A stretch of 64,000 nucleotides of DNA from assembly GCA_964019425.1 (NCBI GenBank), contig OZ025787.1:1302001-1366000 (forward strand). The letters are read 5' to 3'. This stretch comes from Flectonema sp. DT1601. Its lineage: Eukaryota. The notes below the pieces were generated by a model that was not told the origin of the DNA, searched no databases, and worked only from the letters and a program-made list of their open reading frames with translations. A program made the position numbers and the translations under genes. Positions 35,818-49,025 of the stretch are shown here, piece after piece; position 1 is the stretch's first letter; each line of letters begins with the position of its first letter.

Positions 35818-38745
35818 ATGAACTCATTAAATGACTTGAATACGATTAGTAATTACAGTCTGATCCATGATGAGTGTAAGAGTACAAGTTACGGATCCCC
35901 AGCAGATACTTCAGACTATCAGTCAGTCGCCTTTGAAGATGATAATCAGGAACTCATAAAAATGAGATTAAATCAGATGTTCGAACCTTTTCTTATCGAG
36001 GATACAAAACTAGTAGAGACAGACGGTGAAGATTCCGACTACGACGAGGAATCAACGACTACAACCCGACATGTCCTCAACCGTAAAGGCAGTGATGAAT
36101 GCTATCTCGCTAATGATTTCGATTTCTTCCCTGTTGACACATCATCGTCTCAAGGGAGTTATAGACGACTCTACCACCGTCGTGAAAGCAGAGACCACGA
36201 CTATGTTGTTGGACTTGTCAGAGAGCGTTCAGATGTCAGTGAGTACTTTCAATCGTTTTCGTTAGAAAAAAGAAAACAGCTGTCAACAACAGAAACAAAT
36301 GTTAATAATATCGAACTAGAAGCTGTCCCATTGCAGCTTGTCACCCAACAAGAGGGAGTTGTTCCTATTTGTTCCGACTCGATTGACAGAGAAAGATCTT
36401 TTAATATCACCCCTCCATGCATTGACTCTTACGTCCAAAACATGTCAGCTGCTGTCGAAGAACAAGTGGCTGTACAGATTGGAGAACGAATGCCAGCTAT
36501 GGAAGAGCCTGAAGCCTCCAGTTCGGATTCGTCACTCCCGTCAACTGTTTTTGATTTTTCAATTGCGTTTAATGCGTCTGCTGCTGTGACTAAACAAGTA
36601 CCTGACAACGGTGATGATCTTTCTCTGTTAGAAAAATTCGATTTTTTTAGTTCACAATCATGTGTTGTGATTCCAATTCCATCACTACCTGAAACAGTTG
36701 CTGTTAACAAACAAGCACCTGATCAGGTAATTCTGACTATGGAAGAATCTTCTCTTCCTGTGTCTGTTGTTGACTTTTTGAATACTGCGAGTGAGCTGGC
36801 TACTGACAAAGAGACTTTAGCGATTGAATTATTAAATCCACTTTACTCTCAAACTCCTCCTGTGTGTTTATATAGTGTTTCGGAACTCACTAATAGACTA
36901 TCGCCTGCCATGGATGAGGTGATTGTTCCGGTTGGGAAGTTGGACGTTTTTAGTTCATCAACGTCGCTTCCGATTTGTGAAATAAATATTTCTGAATCGA
37001 CAGCAGCGCTGCAATCGGTGGAACAGTCAGACTGCTTTAGTTCATCGTCGACACTTCCGATTTGTGAAATAGACTTCGCAGATTCTGCTGTGATAGAAGT
37101 AACCGACCGGGTAATCCTCCCAACAGAGGAATTAAATTTAATTCAAAAGGGAACTCCGATGAAACTGTCGGATGATATTTGTACGACAGCAGCGTTACAA
37201 TCAGTGGAACAGTCAGACTGCTTTAGTTCATTATCGTCACTTCCGATTTGTGAAATAAATATTTCTGATTCAAATTATGAGTTTCATACATCTAAACTGA
37301 GATCTCCGATGAAACAGTCAGACCTTTTTAGTTCGTCATCATCACTTCCAGTTTGTGAAGTAAACCTTGTATCTAATCAGACGATGGAAGAACTTAGTTT
37401 GCTAAATTCCAAGTCATCATTTCCTCAAGAGAATACTTCAATGGATCAGTTAGAAGTCTTTAGTTTAGCATCTACACTTCCGATATGTATCGTTGACATC
37501 CCAACAAGTCCTCACGAGATGTATGAAGATGTTACGATCCTCTCTTGTGATAAGTCAATTATTACTTCTCCGAGGGAGTTAAAAACTCAATACGACTACG
37601 AACGATTCGGTTCCATGATGCTCGCGGATGGATGGGTTTCTGACACTGAAGGGGAAAATAGCGACCTCTCAGACGAAGATGACATATTGCTGTTGGAAAT
37701 ACCACTTTCTGACCATGGAGATTACCGCTCTCCGATTAGGAGTGAGTCGTTTTGTAGACGACCCGTTTTGATTGAAATTCCGTTGTCTCCTTGTCAGTAT
37801 CATCATTTTACTGAACTTCCGATAACTCCAATTGGATCACAATATGGAAGACAGTTGATACCAAGCATTATGGAACTTCCTATGTCTCCTTCGGGATCTG
37901 ATATAAAATTAACTAAAGAATCACTATTACAAAATGAACGCATGTCAACTTGTAATTCACAGTTACATTGTAAAAGATACGCATCGATACTTCTTGCTGA
38001 GGGATGGATTGAATCGTTGTGTGACTCTGTTGAGAGAGAGAGCTGTCAATCAAAAACAGATGTTGATATTCATATCCTTTCGTGTAATGCATCAGATATT
38101 ATAACTTCACCGATGGCGTTAAAAACTCAATATGATTATGAACGCTTTGGGTCTATGATACTTGCTAATGGATGGGCTTCCGACACTGACGGAGAAGACT
38201 CCAACAGCAGCACTGAAGACGATCTGTTGCAGTTGTTGGAAATACCTGTCTCTGACTTTAATGAAATATCACCCGTTAGAAGCAGAGCTTTTTACGGTAA
38301 TCCAGTTATGATTGAAATACCTCTCTCTCCCTGTGAGGATTACTGTATTGCTGAGCTTCCTATTTCCCCAACTCCGTTTAAGATTCCTTCTGTTGAACTT
38401 GGTTACTGTCCTGTGGAACTTCCTCTCACCCCTTCACCTCGGAGGAATTCTCAATCACTAAATCAGAATTTCTCATCGTCACCTCGCAGGGATGGGTTGT
38501 CACCAGCATTGTGTTATAATACGCAGCTAATGCCGACACCGTTGGAGGATTCAAGACACGAAATCTCATCACTTGTTACGGATATTTGCATCCAGTCGCC
38601 AGATGACGTCTTCTATTCTTTTGATTTGTCACCACCTGTTCAGACTTCGCCTACTGGAAGTGGTGAGTCACATGAATTGTTGATTCAAAAGACATACGCC
38701 GCTGAATCCTTTAAAAGCTACAACTCATCGTGCAGTGAGAGTTAA
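35818..38745 (+). CDS. Acidic Ser-rich repetitive protein (975 aa)
   Basis: Long ORF preceded by a pyrimidine-rich acceptor at 35799; internal FSSxSxLPICEI repeats and a duplicated LKTQYDYERFGSMxLAxGW cassette. Confidence 0.85.
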   Translation: MNSLNDLNTISNYSLIHDECKSTSYGSPADTSDYQSVAFEDDNQELIKMRLNQMFEPFLIEDTKLVETDGEDSDYDEESTTTTRHVLNRKGSDECYLANDFDFFPVDTSSSQGSYRRLYHRRESRDHDYVVGLVRERSDVSEYFQSFSLEKRKQLSTTETNVNNIELEAVPLQLVTQQEGVVPICSDSIDRERSFNITPPCIDSYVQNMSAAVEEQVAVQIGERMPAMEEPEASSSDSSLPSTVFDFSIAFNASAAVTKQVPDNGDDLSLLEKFDFFSSQSCVVIPIPSLPETVAVNKQAPDQVILTMEESSLPVSVVDFLNTASELATDKETLAIELLNPLYSQTPPVCLYSVSELTNRLSPAMDEVIVPVGKLDVFSSSTSLPICEINISESTAALQSVEQSDCFSSSSTLPICEIDFADSAVIEVTDRVILPTEELNLIQKGTPMKLSDDICTTAALQSVEQSDCFSSLSSLPICEINISDSNYEFHTSKLRSPMKQSDLFSSSSSLPVCEVNLVSNQTMEELSLLNSKSSFPQENTSMDQLEVFSLASTLPICIVDIPTSPHEMYEDVTILSCDKSIITSPRELKTQYDYERFGSMMLADGWVSDTEGENSDLSDEDDILLLEIPLSDHGDYRSPIRSESFCRRPVLIEIPLSPCQYHHFTELPITPIGSQYGRQLIPSIMELPMSPSGSDIKLTKESLLQNERMSTCNSQLHCKRYASILLAEGWIESLCDSVERESCQSKTDVDIHILSCNASDIITSPMALKTQYDYERFGSMILANGWASDTDGEDSNSSTEDDLLQLLEIPVSDFNEISPVRSRAFYGNPVMIEIPLSPCEDYCIAELPISPTPFKIPSVELGYCPVELPLTPSPRRNSQSLNQNFSSSPRRDGLSPALCYNTQLMPTPLEDSRHEISSLVTDICIQSPDDVFYSFDLSPPVQTSPTGSGESHELLIQKTYAAESFKSYNSSCSES

Positions 38746-39145
38746 CGATAGCCCTTTGTGGTGGTTTTTCCCCCTCGGTTTGTTTCGCAGTGTATGATTT
38801 TTTTTGTTTCAGATTTTTTTTTTTTTTTTGTTTTCTTTTAAAAAACAGAACTGGTGAAATTCCAGTCCTCTCCTTGAAATTAAAAAAAATAACAAAGTGA
38901 AACAAAACAAAAAAAGAATAGTTGTTTTAAATCACTCTTAAGAAAGAAGGAAACAAACGATATTTTACATTATTATTTTTTCTTTTTCTGAATAATTTTT
39001 TTCCCCTTTCTTCGCGAACAATGGTATCCACCATGCAAATTATGTCACTTAATCACACACGTTGTGTGATATTAGTGATCTTTTTGTTTCTTTTGGTAAG
39101 CATAAAAACGGCTGAATAAGTAAATAAATAAAAAAAAAATTAATT

Positions 39146-39180
<35 letters not shown>

Positions 39181-39302
39181 ATAAAACTAGTTTTCAATTT
39201 TACCGACACGTGTTGTTTAACATTTTTATTGATACTTGTTTTTCTGGTTTCTTTTTTTTTTTTTTTTTTTTTTTTTCAAGGTGGGTTTTTTGCTTAACCT
39301 TG

Positions 39303-39303
<1 letters not shown>

Positions 39304-39336
<33 letters not shown>
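39304..39336. repeat. (TATC)n microsatellite
   Basis: About 8 tandem TATC units. Confidence 0.9.
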
Positions 39337-41708
39337 GTTTTCCCATTCTCGTTTTTTTTTGTTTTTTGTTTTGTTTTTTTCAATTTCACTCTTCGGATTT
39401 ATTTTGTTTACGGGACTGCTGAAGATTTATTATTTTCTGGTGGCAGTGCAGTAGCAATAAGATCCTACTCTTTTATCTCTCTCCGCCTTCTTTTCTTTTC
39501 TTTTCTTTTCCTTTTTTTCTTTTTTTTCGTACGGAGAAATATAAGGCTAAAATGAATGGTTTTTAATTTTCTCTCTCTCTCTCTCTTTTTTTTTAATTTT
39601 TTTTTTTTTTATTAATTCCGAACAAACAAAAAAAATCGGTGAAGAAAAAAAAAAAAGAAAAAAAAAAAAAAAGAAGAAAAAAACTTGACGACGTTACCTT
39701 AACACATAAATAGGTAACCTTATTCACTGATGCTTGTTTGTGGGTAGGTATTTTGTCCCCAATTCCTCTTTTTTTTTTTTTTTCTTTTCTCATCATGTTC
39801 CAATTTTTCTTTTGTTTAAATATCAGAATTGCCAGACAGATTGAAGGGTTTGGTGATACGATCCGGAAACAGACAAAAATATTTCTGTACTTTTGCTGTT
39901 TTGTTGGTTATGTAGCGGGAAAAATTAACTATTCGCTGTACTTATCAGTGAGTAGTGTTTTTGAGTGGCATACACCGTCTTTAGCTTTAGGCTAAAATGT
40001 GTTTACATGGATGTGGAACACAATACACGATACACATTTCCTCACTTCTATCTTACTGTCTTTTTAGAGGATGTTTGTTTATTTCATTCTTTTCTCTTTT
40101 AAGATTGTTTTTTATTGACCATCGTCTGGGCGATGGATTTCACATACACGACAATCCGCCTAACATCATTACACTGTCTCTCTTGTCTCTCCCACTCAGT
40201 TTGGCTATAGCTGAAGTATGCCTTTGTGTGCTCAGCCGCGATTTTTTTTTGGTTCAGGGTGAAAGCTGGATCTATTTTTTTTTATTTGCGATTTTTTTAT
40301 TTATTTCTCTTGAAATAAATATATCCCTTTTTTTTTTATTTTATTTTATTTTTTTTATATAAGTGAGATCGTATCCTCTCTGGATCGTGACCAATTTTAT
40401 TTTTATATCTCTCAGAAAATAAAAAAAAAAAGTGGTAGCCGGATATAAATTTGGTTGAACTCTTCATCGTTTTCTTTTCAAAAATAAGGTAACGAAGTTG
40501 CGTGAAGTCTTTTTTTATTCTTTAAAACATTGCTACGGTTGTATGACTTTATTTGCCGAATCCTGAATTTAGTTCTCTCTTTCGAAATTATGTGTTTTCT
40601 CAAAAAAAAAAAAAAAAAAAAAAAAAACTTTTTTCGAAAGGCAGTAACACCACGAAGCGTCAATTGTTTTCTTATGAACCATTGAAAAAGTGATTATTAA
40701 TTCTCTCGTGCGTGATTTTTTTTTTCGAATTTATATAAATTCTTGTAAGCTTCCGTCAGTCAGGAAACCGAAAAACACTCATTGTTCGCATAGGTTCCTT
40801 ATTCAATAGGCTACTTGTTTTCTTCTTATTCTCAAAAATAAACACAAATATATTCTTATTTGAATTTTTATTTGTTGAAACCGACATACACCAATTGTGA
40901 CTATAGCAACTTTGGTAGTAAAAATTTATTTTTCAAAATTCTCCTTTTTTTTTTTTTTTGTATATTTTTCCTCAGTTGATTTTGGTCTCCTTTCGTTGTT
41001 ATGAACTATCACAAAAAAGATACGTCTCAACAACCATTTCTTCCTCTCAATCTCTGTTTGTTGATTCCCTTTTTTTTTTTTTTTGCTTCTTATCTCTTTG
41101 TGAGTTAAACACAGCAACAAGCACACGATTGCGTGTTTTTATTATTATTATTTCATTTTGCTTATTACCATTTGTGCTTCCGTGTCTGGTTAAGTAAAAA
41201 TGGTCTACACATGAAAAAAAAAAAAAAAAAAAAAACCGTCATATTCTCGTTTTTTTTTCCATTCTTATTTTTTTTTCATCTCAGTTTACCTTGTCATAAG
41301 CTTTTTAGCAAATTGCATATCCATGAGTGCGAACTTGTGAGGCTAAAGCACAGTTATCTTGGCCACAACTTCAATTCTAATGTGTAATTGGGCTTACGGA
41401 CAATGTAAAATCTTTTTTTTCTTTGGAAAAATTATTTTCTTTGTGGTCTAGTATCCCTTCGACTTCAAATATATAAAAAAAAAGTTTTTTTCTTCTTTTC
41501 TTTTTTTTTTTTTGTGTTTTTTTTATTTTTTCTATTCTTCCCTTGTTGTTTTGATGAGGAAATTGTGTTTTAAGTTTTTTTTCTTTAAAACTTCCCACAG
41601 AAAACTAATGATGGCTTGTCTTGTGGAAACAACAGTTTATGCAAATTTCAAAACAAAAATGCACTTTTGATTAAAAATTACTTTTTTCTCCATCAGAACA
41701 TTGTATTA

Positions 41709-42458
41709 ATGCTTCGTACGGCTAACTCGAGAAATCTTCTCTGGAGAGGTGAGAGTATGAGAGAAAGTGTTAGAGGAGTTGAAGGTGACGACGATGATCT
41801 CTTTGGAATGACCAACGAGGCACGTTCCTCCGCTAGTAGTCAAACAATCGCCGGGTTCTCTCCAATTAGGAATGACGTTTCACATTTTGGCCAGATGACT
41901 TCTCCAAGACCAGCGTTTAAAGAACCATCTTCACAAACACTGAACGAAGAGGTCCTTGCTCTACTTGGTGAGAAACAAAAATATGCTGACGCTATAGATG
42001 AAATTAACCTTCGTACCTGCAGCTACCAAACTAGTGGTGTGAGTAGTGCTCTCAGTTCTATAGCTCCATGTTATTTAGATATTCCTACTGCGATAGCACC
42101 AAGGACACAACCTAGTTTTCATAGATTACCGAGTGATGAATCAGAGAAATTAAGATTGTCACCATCTCATTTAGAAACAAAACATGACTATGCGAGATAC
42201 GGTTCTATTATATTAGCAAACGGATGGGCAGATGCAGAAACTGACTACGGAGAATCGTCCATTAGTGACGACGACATTAGTGTCACTATGGTCGATGTGA
42301 TGGAAGTTCCTATCCCTGCTTATGAATCATTTCGTGATGACTTAAGCTGTACCGTCATGTCTTTGGGTAATCGATTCTGTAAAGTACCGTCTGAGGCTTC
42401 ACTTAGAGATGACGAATCGTTATCTGATGATTTGTCGTGTACTCACTTCGATATGTAA
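41709..42458 (+). CDS. Hypothetical protein sharing a motif with the 35818-38745 protein
   Basis: Acceptor cttttttctccatcag (41696), then ATG 41709; contains SPSHLETKHDYARYGSIILANGWADAE. Confidence 0.8.
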   Translation: MLRTANSRNLLWRGESMRESVRGVEGDDDDLFGMTNEARSSASSQTIAGFSPIRNDVSHFGQMTSPRPAFKEPSSQTLNEEVLALLGEKQKYADAIDEINLRTCSYQTSGVSSALSSIAPCYLDIPTAIAPRTQPSFHRLPSDESEKLRLSPSHLETKHDYARYGSIILANGWADAETDYGESSISDDDISVTMVDVMEVPIPAYESFRDDLSCTVMSLGNRFCKVPSEASLRDDESLSDDLSCTHFDM

Positions 42459-43595
42459 TCAACGAAGATTTTGGAAAAAACTAAAAAGCAATACCAACCT
42501 AAAGAGCTCGCCTCCCCCTGACTGGAGGGGAAGCATGGCCAGCTATTTTGATTCACAAAAAAACAAACAAACAAACAAAAAAACACTAATTGCCACAAGG
42601 ATAAAAAGGTTTTTATATATTAACCCATCGAAATACGTCCCAAGTACCATCCCTTATTGTTGACTAATTTAAGATATGACACACTGCATGGCAATGCCAC
42701 TCAGTTGTTTGTTTCACTATAGATTTAAGGCAACTCGGGGACCCTCTGAGAATGAGGTTTTTTCAGAACGAAAACTCAACAAAAAAAAAAAAAAAAACTG
42801 ACAACTCAATGCGAACTTACGAATGCAAAAAAAAAAAAAAAAAAAAAGACTGTAGACATAGCTCGCTACAGGAGATTATAATATATTCTTTCTCCTTGTT
42901 TACCTAAGGTTCAATCTGTTCCGCGGTTGGCTGTTGGAGTTCCTTTGAGAAACCTCAGCCCATTTATAGTTGAATCGAAAACAACATACATGTAGTTGTG
43001 GGCTGCAACGGGCTTCAGATCAAAAGTTAAGGCAACTACTATTTGTTGCTTCGGCGATCATGTTGTCGTCCGATAAATATAAAAAAATGCAACCAATGAA
43101 AATAACGAGAAAAAAAAAGATATAAAAACTGAGGCAGCAAACAAACCCTCGGTGGCGTTTGAGCGTTTTATTCTTCTTGTTGTGACGTAATTGTGGTCTC
43201 TCTCCTCATGTCAATGTGTCTTTCTAGAACAAAGCAAAAAAAAAAAAAAAAAAGGGTGTAGGGAGAACAAAAAAAAAAATATTATTCTCCTTTTGCAGAA
43301 TCCTTGAGTATTTTCAATCAAAAAAAAAAAAAAAAAAAGCCCTCATTTCAACCTACGTGGTACTCGTCCACGTAGTGTCATTTAGCACAGGCAATGGTGT
43401 CATGTTGATTCTTTTTCGTGTTGCTTCTTGTTGTGTTTGACATTCAATATTTAAGTCACGCGACCATTACATGATAAGATGTGTTTTTCGTAATAACGAT
43501 AATTTTTTTTTGACGTTTTTTTTTCTTTCCCCCTTTCCGATGTTTTCCACATCCCCAGAAAGGAATTATCGTATCCACAAGAACTAACTGAACAA

Positions 43596-43629
<34 letters not shown>

Positions 43630-45654
43630 AATTAAAAGAAAGAAAAAAACGTACTGTTGGTTACGGACACATTTCAAGTACTGCAGACTCTTGCTCTCTG
43701 TGGCCTTGGAAAGGAACACCTATGGTGTTTGTTGAAAGAATTATTATTATTATTATTTTATTTTCACTTCACTACAATATCCCATATGCCCGATCACTCT
43801 TCTTCAATCCCCCCAATCGTTTGCGTTATGTTTATAGTTATGTTTTGGTTTTTTCTTTTCTTTCTTCCCCCAATTCCCTCCCTGACACTTTTCATTTCGT
43901 ACTTATTATTTCCTTATATCCCCGACCTTCATTTCTTTATTCCCTTTCTTTTTTCTTTTACCTGCAATTTGTTTTTCTCCATCCCAATCGGGAGGCTGTT
44001 ATTGCTATCTTGATTGTGATGTCACCTGTCTCGGCTGAAGTTTCTTCTAAAAAGAATTGTAGAGGGAACGAAGAAGAAAAAAATTTGAGAAAGAGAAAAA
44101 TTCAGAGTTGCTCGTGTTTCCTGCTGTATGCCATTTCTTCTTCTTTTATTCTCGTTTCCTTAATCGAGGATTCGTTTTTTTTTTTTTTTTTTTTTTGCAT
44201 TTAACAAGTAAACTTCCTTTAGCTTTAAGTCGGTTCACGGTTTCGTGCACAAAACAAAAACTCACAAAATGTTGAAAGTGTTAAGTTAGTTGGCAATAAT
44301 CGAGTATTGGCTTAACGTTTCATAGCACTTTATTGGTGCGACGTGTGAAGAATGTATTTTTGGAAGAAGAAGAAAAAAAAAAAGAGGAAAAAAAATCCTT
44401 CCATCTCATTTCCCCCTTCACTATCGCGCTCACGCTCGATTCCTTCGGTCTATTTTTTTTGATTGATTACTGTTTTTTTGACAGATTTTTTTGTGAACCT
44501 GAATAGTGCGAAGGAAATACCAGATTAAAACACAAAAAAAAAAAATACCAACGGAAATATGTGAAAACGGTATTCTTATTTGTGATCATCCTCGCCTTCT
44601 TCGTTTCGTCCTTAGTAAGTAAGGTCTTGCTAGTGGGACATTTATTTTTATTTATTTTTTTTTTTAAATCAGTAATCTTTCTCTTATTGACGTTAATTCA
44701 ACTGTTTTTTGTATTGGAGGTAAAACTGATATTTACATTGATTTCCCTGGACACTGTTTCCGCAAAGGCAGATCCTCCATTTCTTTCCTATTTTTAGCTC
44801 GTCTCTGATTCGTGTTTGAGTATACGAAACACTTTTAGAAGAAAAAAAAAAAAAAAAAAACTTTTTCAAATCCCCTCAATTAATTCATGATTTGATCCCT
44901 GTAAAGACAAGAGTTCACGTGATCGATTTCTTCATTGTGAATCATTAACAAGATCTTGTGTGTTTTGATCACTTACTTTAGTGAATCATGTCTCCCGTCA
45001 TTTCGTGTTTTCAATTCGAAGGATAAAGAAAAAAAAAAACTTACCTTTTTTTTTTCCTTCCCCCCAAGCTATGAAGTTTTTAAAACCATCCGCTGTAAAC
45101 TAGAACTTCTAGCAGTTGGAAACTTTTTTACCTTTTCATCGGATCGTCACATATCGTGATAGGTTTAATAAAAAATTCTTGCATTCCAAACTCAGTTCCT
45201 CAGGTAACAAGTCCACTTTTGGCTGCATATTGCATTTAGTCCAGTCACAAGGTAGGAAGAAGTGTAGGGAAGAGGATTTTTTTTTTTTTTTTTTAAAAGC
45301 TTTCATCCTGTATCAAGATATCACAATCAATGTTATCGACTTGTAATGTGGTTGTGGTTGTTCTCGAAAAGGAACTGTCTGGAGCTTGTCTTCTAAAATA
45401 ATGTGCAATCTGGATGTTATTTCCGAGCACAAAAAAAAAAAAACACCTCTTTCTCTATGTGATGTGTTGGCGGGGATCCCCTGCCTTAAAAAAAGCTGCT
45501 GTATCTTTGTTCAGATTTATTCTTCTTTGCGGAGATTTTTGTTGTTTTTGTTTGTGGTGGTTGGATGCAAAGTTTCTTTTTTTTTTTGTGAAATAATGTT
45601 TTCAAAACTCCACCAAAGTCAGGAGAAAAGGAATCGACCAACTTCACTTTTTAC

Positions 45655-45709
45655 TTTTTTTTACTACACTATTGTTTGGGTAGCGCAACCGTACTAAATC
45701 TTAGTAAGG
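45655..45709. repeat. Short dispersed repeat, copy 2 (intergenic)
   Basis: TTTTTTTTACTACACTATTGTTTGGGTAGCGCAACCGTACTAAATCTTAGTAAGG; matches 181-228. Confidence 0.75.
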
Positions 45710-45987
45710 TTAGTGTACAAAAAAAAAAAAAAAAAAAAAAAGAGAGCATCGGTTTTGTCCGCCACCTTGTGTTAGTTATTTTTTATGTTGTTCACATGTT
45801 TTCCCTTGGTGAATAAAATTTTTGCAATTAATTTTGGAAAGAAAGAATAATTCATGTGTTCTCAGACATTTTACATCGAAAAGTTGCCATGGGCACTTTT
45901 TTTTCCTCTTTTTGTAGTTCTTTTTTTTTTTTTTTTTGTATCTTTCCGTTGTTGTTATTCTGTTCCAAGACTATTCTAGTGAACAAG

Positions 45988-46024
<37 letters not shown>

Positions 46025-46828
46025 TTTTTTGCGATGATCCTGGTATTTTTTGCTTAATGCAAATTCGTCTCTTATCGTCAGTGAGCGTCTCATTATTTGA
46101 TTTGGTATCGCATAACTGTTACCACGTGAGCATTTCCCGATTTTTGACTTTGGGTAAAATAACCAGCAATTTCTCACATCATCATCATCTTATTCTTGTC
46201 TACTTAAATGCGAAGGGACTGCGATTTTTTTATCTAATTTTGTTTTAAAAAAAAGGATGTTGCATCGTTGTACATCTTAATAGCCTTATTTTCTTCACTG
46301 CGTTCTTCTCTTGGACATTGGTCCCAATCGAAAACTGTGAAAAGGTTTCAATGCGATAATTCTTTTTTTTTTGTTCTTTTTCCAACGTTTTGTTAGTATT
46401 AATCGGTGACGAACGTTAGCTGCGTGAACAGCTTTGTGAGCAAAAAACCTTGTGAGCAAAAAAAAAACAAAAAAAAAAACCTTCACTCCAATTTCGAATT
46501 TAAAAAAAAAAAAAAACTAAATTGTTGCCCAGTCTTTGCATCAGGTGCGCTACCTCTGCCCTTGTGAAATACTGACTTCGGATATCGTCATTTTTCCCCA
46601 ATAATCCACATTTTTTTCGCATTTTTTTGAACGAAAATAATCCCATCTGCGGAATCGAACTTGGACTTGAAAATGCAGCTTACTTGCATATCAACGCATG
46701 TGGCTTAAAAAGGAAAGCACTCTTTCTGTATTCCTCGCTCTCTGTTTGCTGACATCTGGACTATTATCATCATTGATGTCGATCTGGGACTGGCGAAGTG
46801 AGGAACCAACTCCTGGAATTACTCTGGG

Positions 46829-46862
<34 letters not shown>

Positions 46863-48876
46863 CAAGAGTCAGAAATATGGGGAAGGGCTTTCGCATAAGT
46901 GACAGTTCTTGATGTTCCAAGAGGCAGATTCCACTTGCTTTTTTTTTTCTTAAATTGGTTTTTTTTTTTCATTCTTTCCTCCCTCCCATTAAACTAAACC
47001 TCCTGGCATATGGTGGAGCACGAGTGAGCTGAATCATTTTACTGATTTTACTCATTTTTTTTTCTTTTTTTCTTTTTTTTAAAAAAATCGGACGGGAAAA
47101 CCGTCACTCAAAAAATTAAAAAGGAGAGAGGAACTTTACTGTACCAGTCCGGCCTACACAATACTTGCAATGTAGGGTTGCAATCCAATTTTCAAGTTGT
47201 CACGTTTTACTATTCGTTCGATGTTCACAAATGAACATTGATTTGCTACAAAAAAAAAAAAAAGGGTAACCCTTCAAAAGGGAAAGCGTCTCCGCGTACT
47301 TTTAGTACGGAAAAGATTGACATAAAAATATGCGAGTTATGTATCCCTTTTAAAACTTTTAACTATATGAGCGACACCTTGTTAAAGTTATTCGTCCCAT
47401 AAAATAAGAAATCGTCTGTTTGGTCTAATTCAATATTGAATAGCCAATTTTTTTTCCCTTTCAATTTTCACCCCCCTGATCCATGCGAGTAGTCAGTTAG
47501 TTTACTGATTGCTAGTAATTTTCATGCAAAAAAGGTCAACCGAGGCTTGTGACTACGCTCTGCTGTATATCACAAGCTTCTATCTGTTGACTGTGCGTGT
47601 TGTTACTAGCGATTAATTTGGAATAGGCTAGCAAGTTGTAACCACACGCATATGCAATCTTACAAAAAAACAAATATCGATTCGTGAACTGTGTGAGAAA
47701 TATAATCAATCAACTAACTTACGGATGTGTATCCACTCGGTAGGTCTTTTTTTTTTTCTTCCCTTTTTGTCACTGAACTGTTAAAGGCGACAACATCCTC
47801 TTGCATTCCCTTAGCAAGAAGGAATCAACTGCTTTACATAAGCTTGTTTGATTTTTAACATACTGGATGATTTTATCGCTTCTTCTTCCAGTCTATAGCT
47901 AAGTTCCTTGTGTAGTAAAGCAGGAAACTTCACTTATACTTCTCTAGGATGTTATCCGTCTGACTTGGGGTCTACTATCGGAGTAGTTTCCGTACAATGT
48001 AGGGTTATTTAAGCACTTATGGATTTCGTTTTTTTTTTTTTTTTTTTTCCTTCCGTATATCTATTATTAAAAAAAAAAAAAAACAACACATAACACATAA
48101 CACAACACACAATCCATATAGTATTGCTGTGAAGGCCACACCTTCCCGTTACACCCCTTTTGATCGATTACTTTATCTGTCACTGCATATTTGTATAAAA
48201 AGAAAAAAGTAGTCGTCTCTGGAACCTGAACATGATCAGTTAAGGGAAAAAAAACCTAAGTTAGTTAGTTGGTTAGTTTTTTTTTTTTTTTTGTTGGTCA
48301 TTTTACCGCATTCTATATTTTGTAAACCTTTGGTGATTTCAACACAAAGGAAGTCGCCTTTTACAAAACCCACGAGCATGCTTTGATTGGCTATCTAAAA
48401 ATAAGTCATGCATGTTTGTGGTCCTCTTTTTTGACATTTATTTTTTCATTTATATAATTAAATTCACGTAGTAAAAAAAAACAAAAAAAAAAAAAACTAA
48501 TGTAGTAAACCAATGAATCTTAGCTAATGAAAATTTAATTTGAGGCTGTGGTTGAAGACGGCTTCCGTCGTGCTTTTGTTTTTTTTTCTATTTTATTAAA
48601 GTTCTTCATCCCAAGTCAATGGAGTTTTGCTCCTATTCTCCCACTTTTCACATAAGTGTTTTTTTTTTTTTTTTTTGGAATTGTTGCAAAAATGCACATT
48701 CTCACTACAGCCGGGTCTTTATCTACATTTAGGCCTTGAGCTTTACGGGGATAATCTGTTTTGAGAAAAAAATATTAAGAAATAGGATAAATAATGGATT
48801 GTTCAAATCGGAAAATAATACCCCTCACTAGGACATTCAACTTACCTCCTTGGTGAAAGGGTTGAGTTCCCACCCC

Positions 48877-49025
48877 TTTTTTTCTTTTTCTTTTTCTTTT
48901 TCTTTTTCCTTTTCTTTTTCTTTTTCTTTTTCTTTTTCTTTTTCTTTTTCTTTTTCTTTTTCTTTTTCTTTTTCTTTTTCTTTTTCTTTTTCTTTTTCTT
49001 TTTCTTTTTCTTTTTCTTTTTCTTT
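48877..49025. repeat. (TTTTTC)n hexanucleotide microsatellite
   Basis: About 24 near-perfect units; the source of the spurious poly-KR and poly-FS ORFs. Confidence 0.95.

Noticed and set aside
39882..39893. TTTCTGTACTTT, resembling the 3' part of euglenozoan spliced leaders
   Set aside because: Only 12 nt in AT-rich DNA; no upstream SL match and no GTATG donor after it.
38746..41600. Many short Phe/Lys-rich ORFs in intergenic DNA (also 26.1-30.4 kb and 43-52 kb)
   Set aside because: Built from A/T homopolymers, mostly non-ATG starts, no coding-like composition.
46641..46665. Minus-strand GTTCGATTCC B-box/tRNA T-loop-like motif
   Set aside because: The T-stem does not pair beyond 1 bp and no cloverleaf forms.
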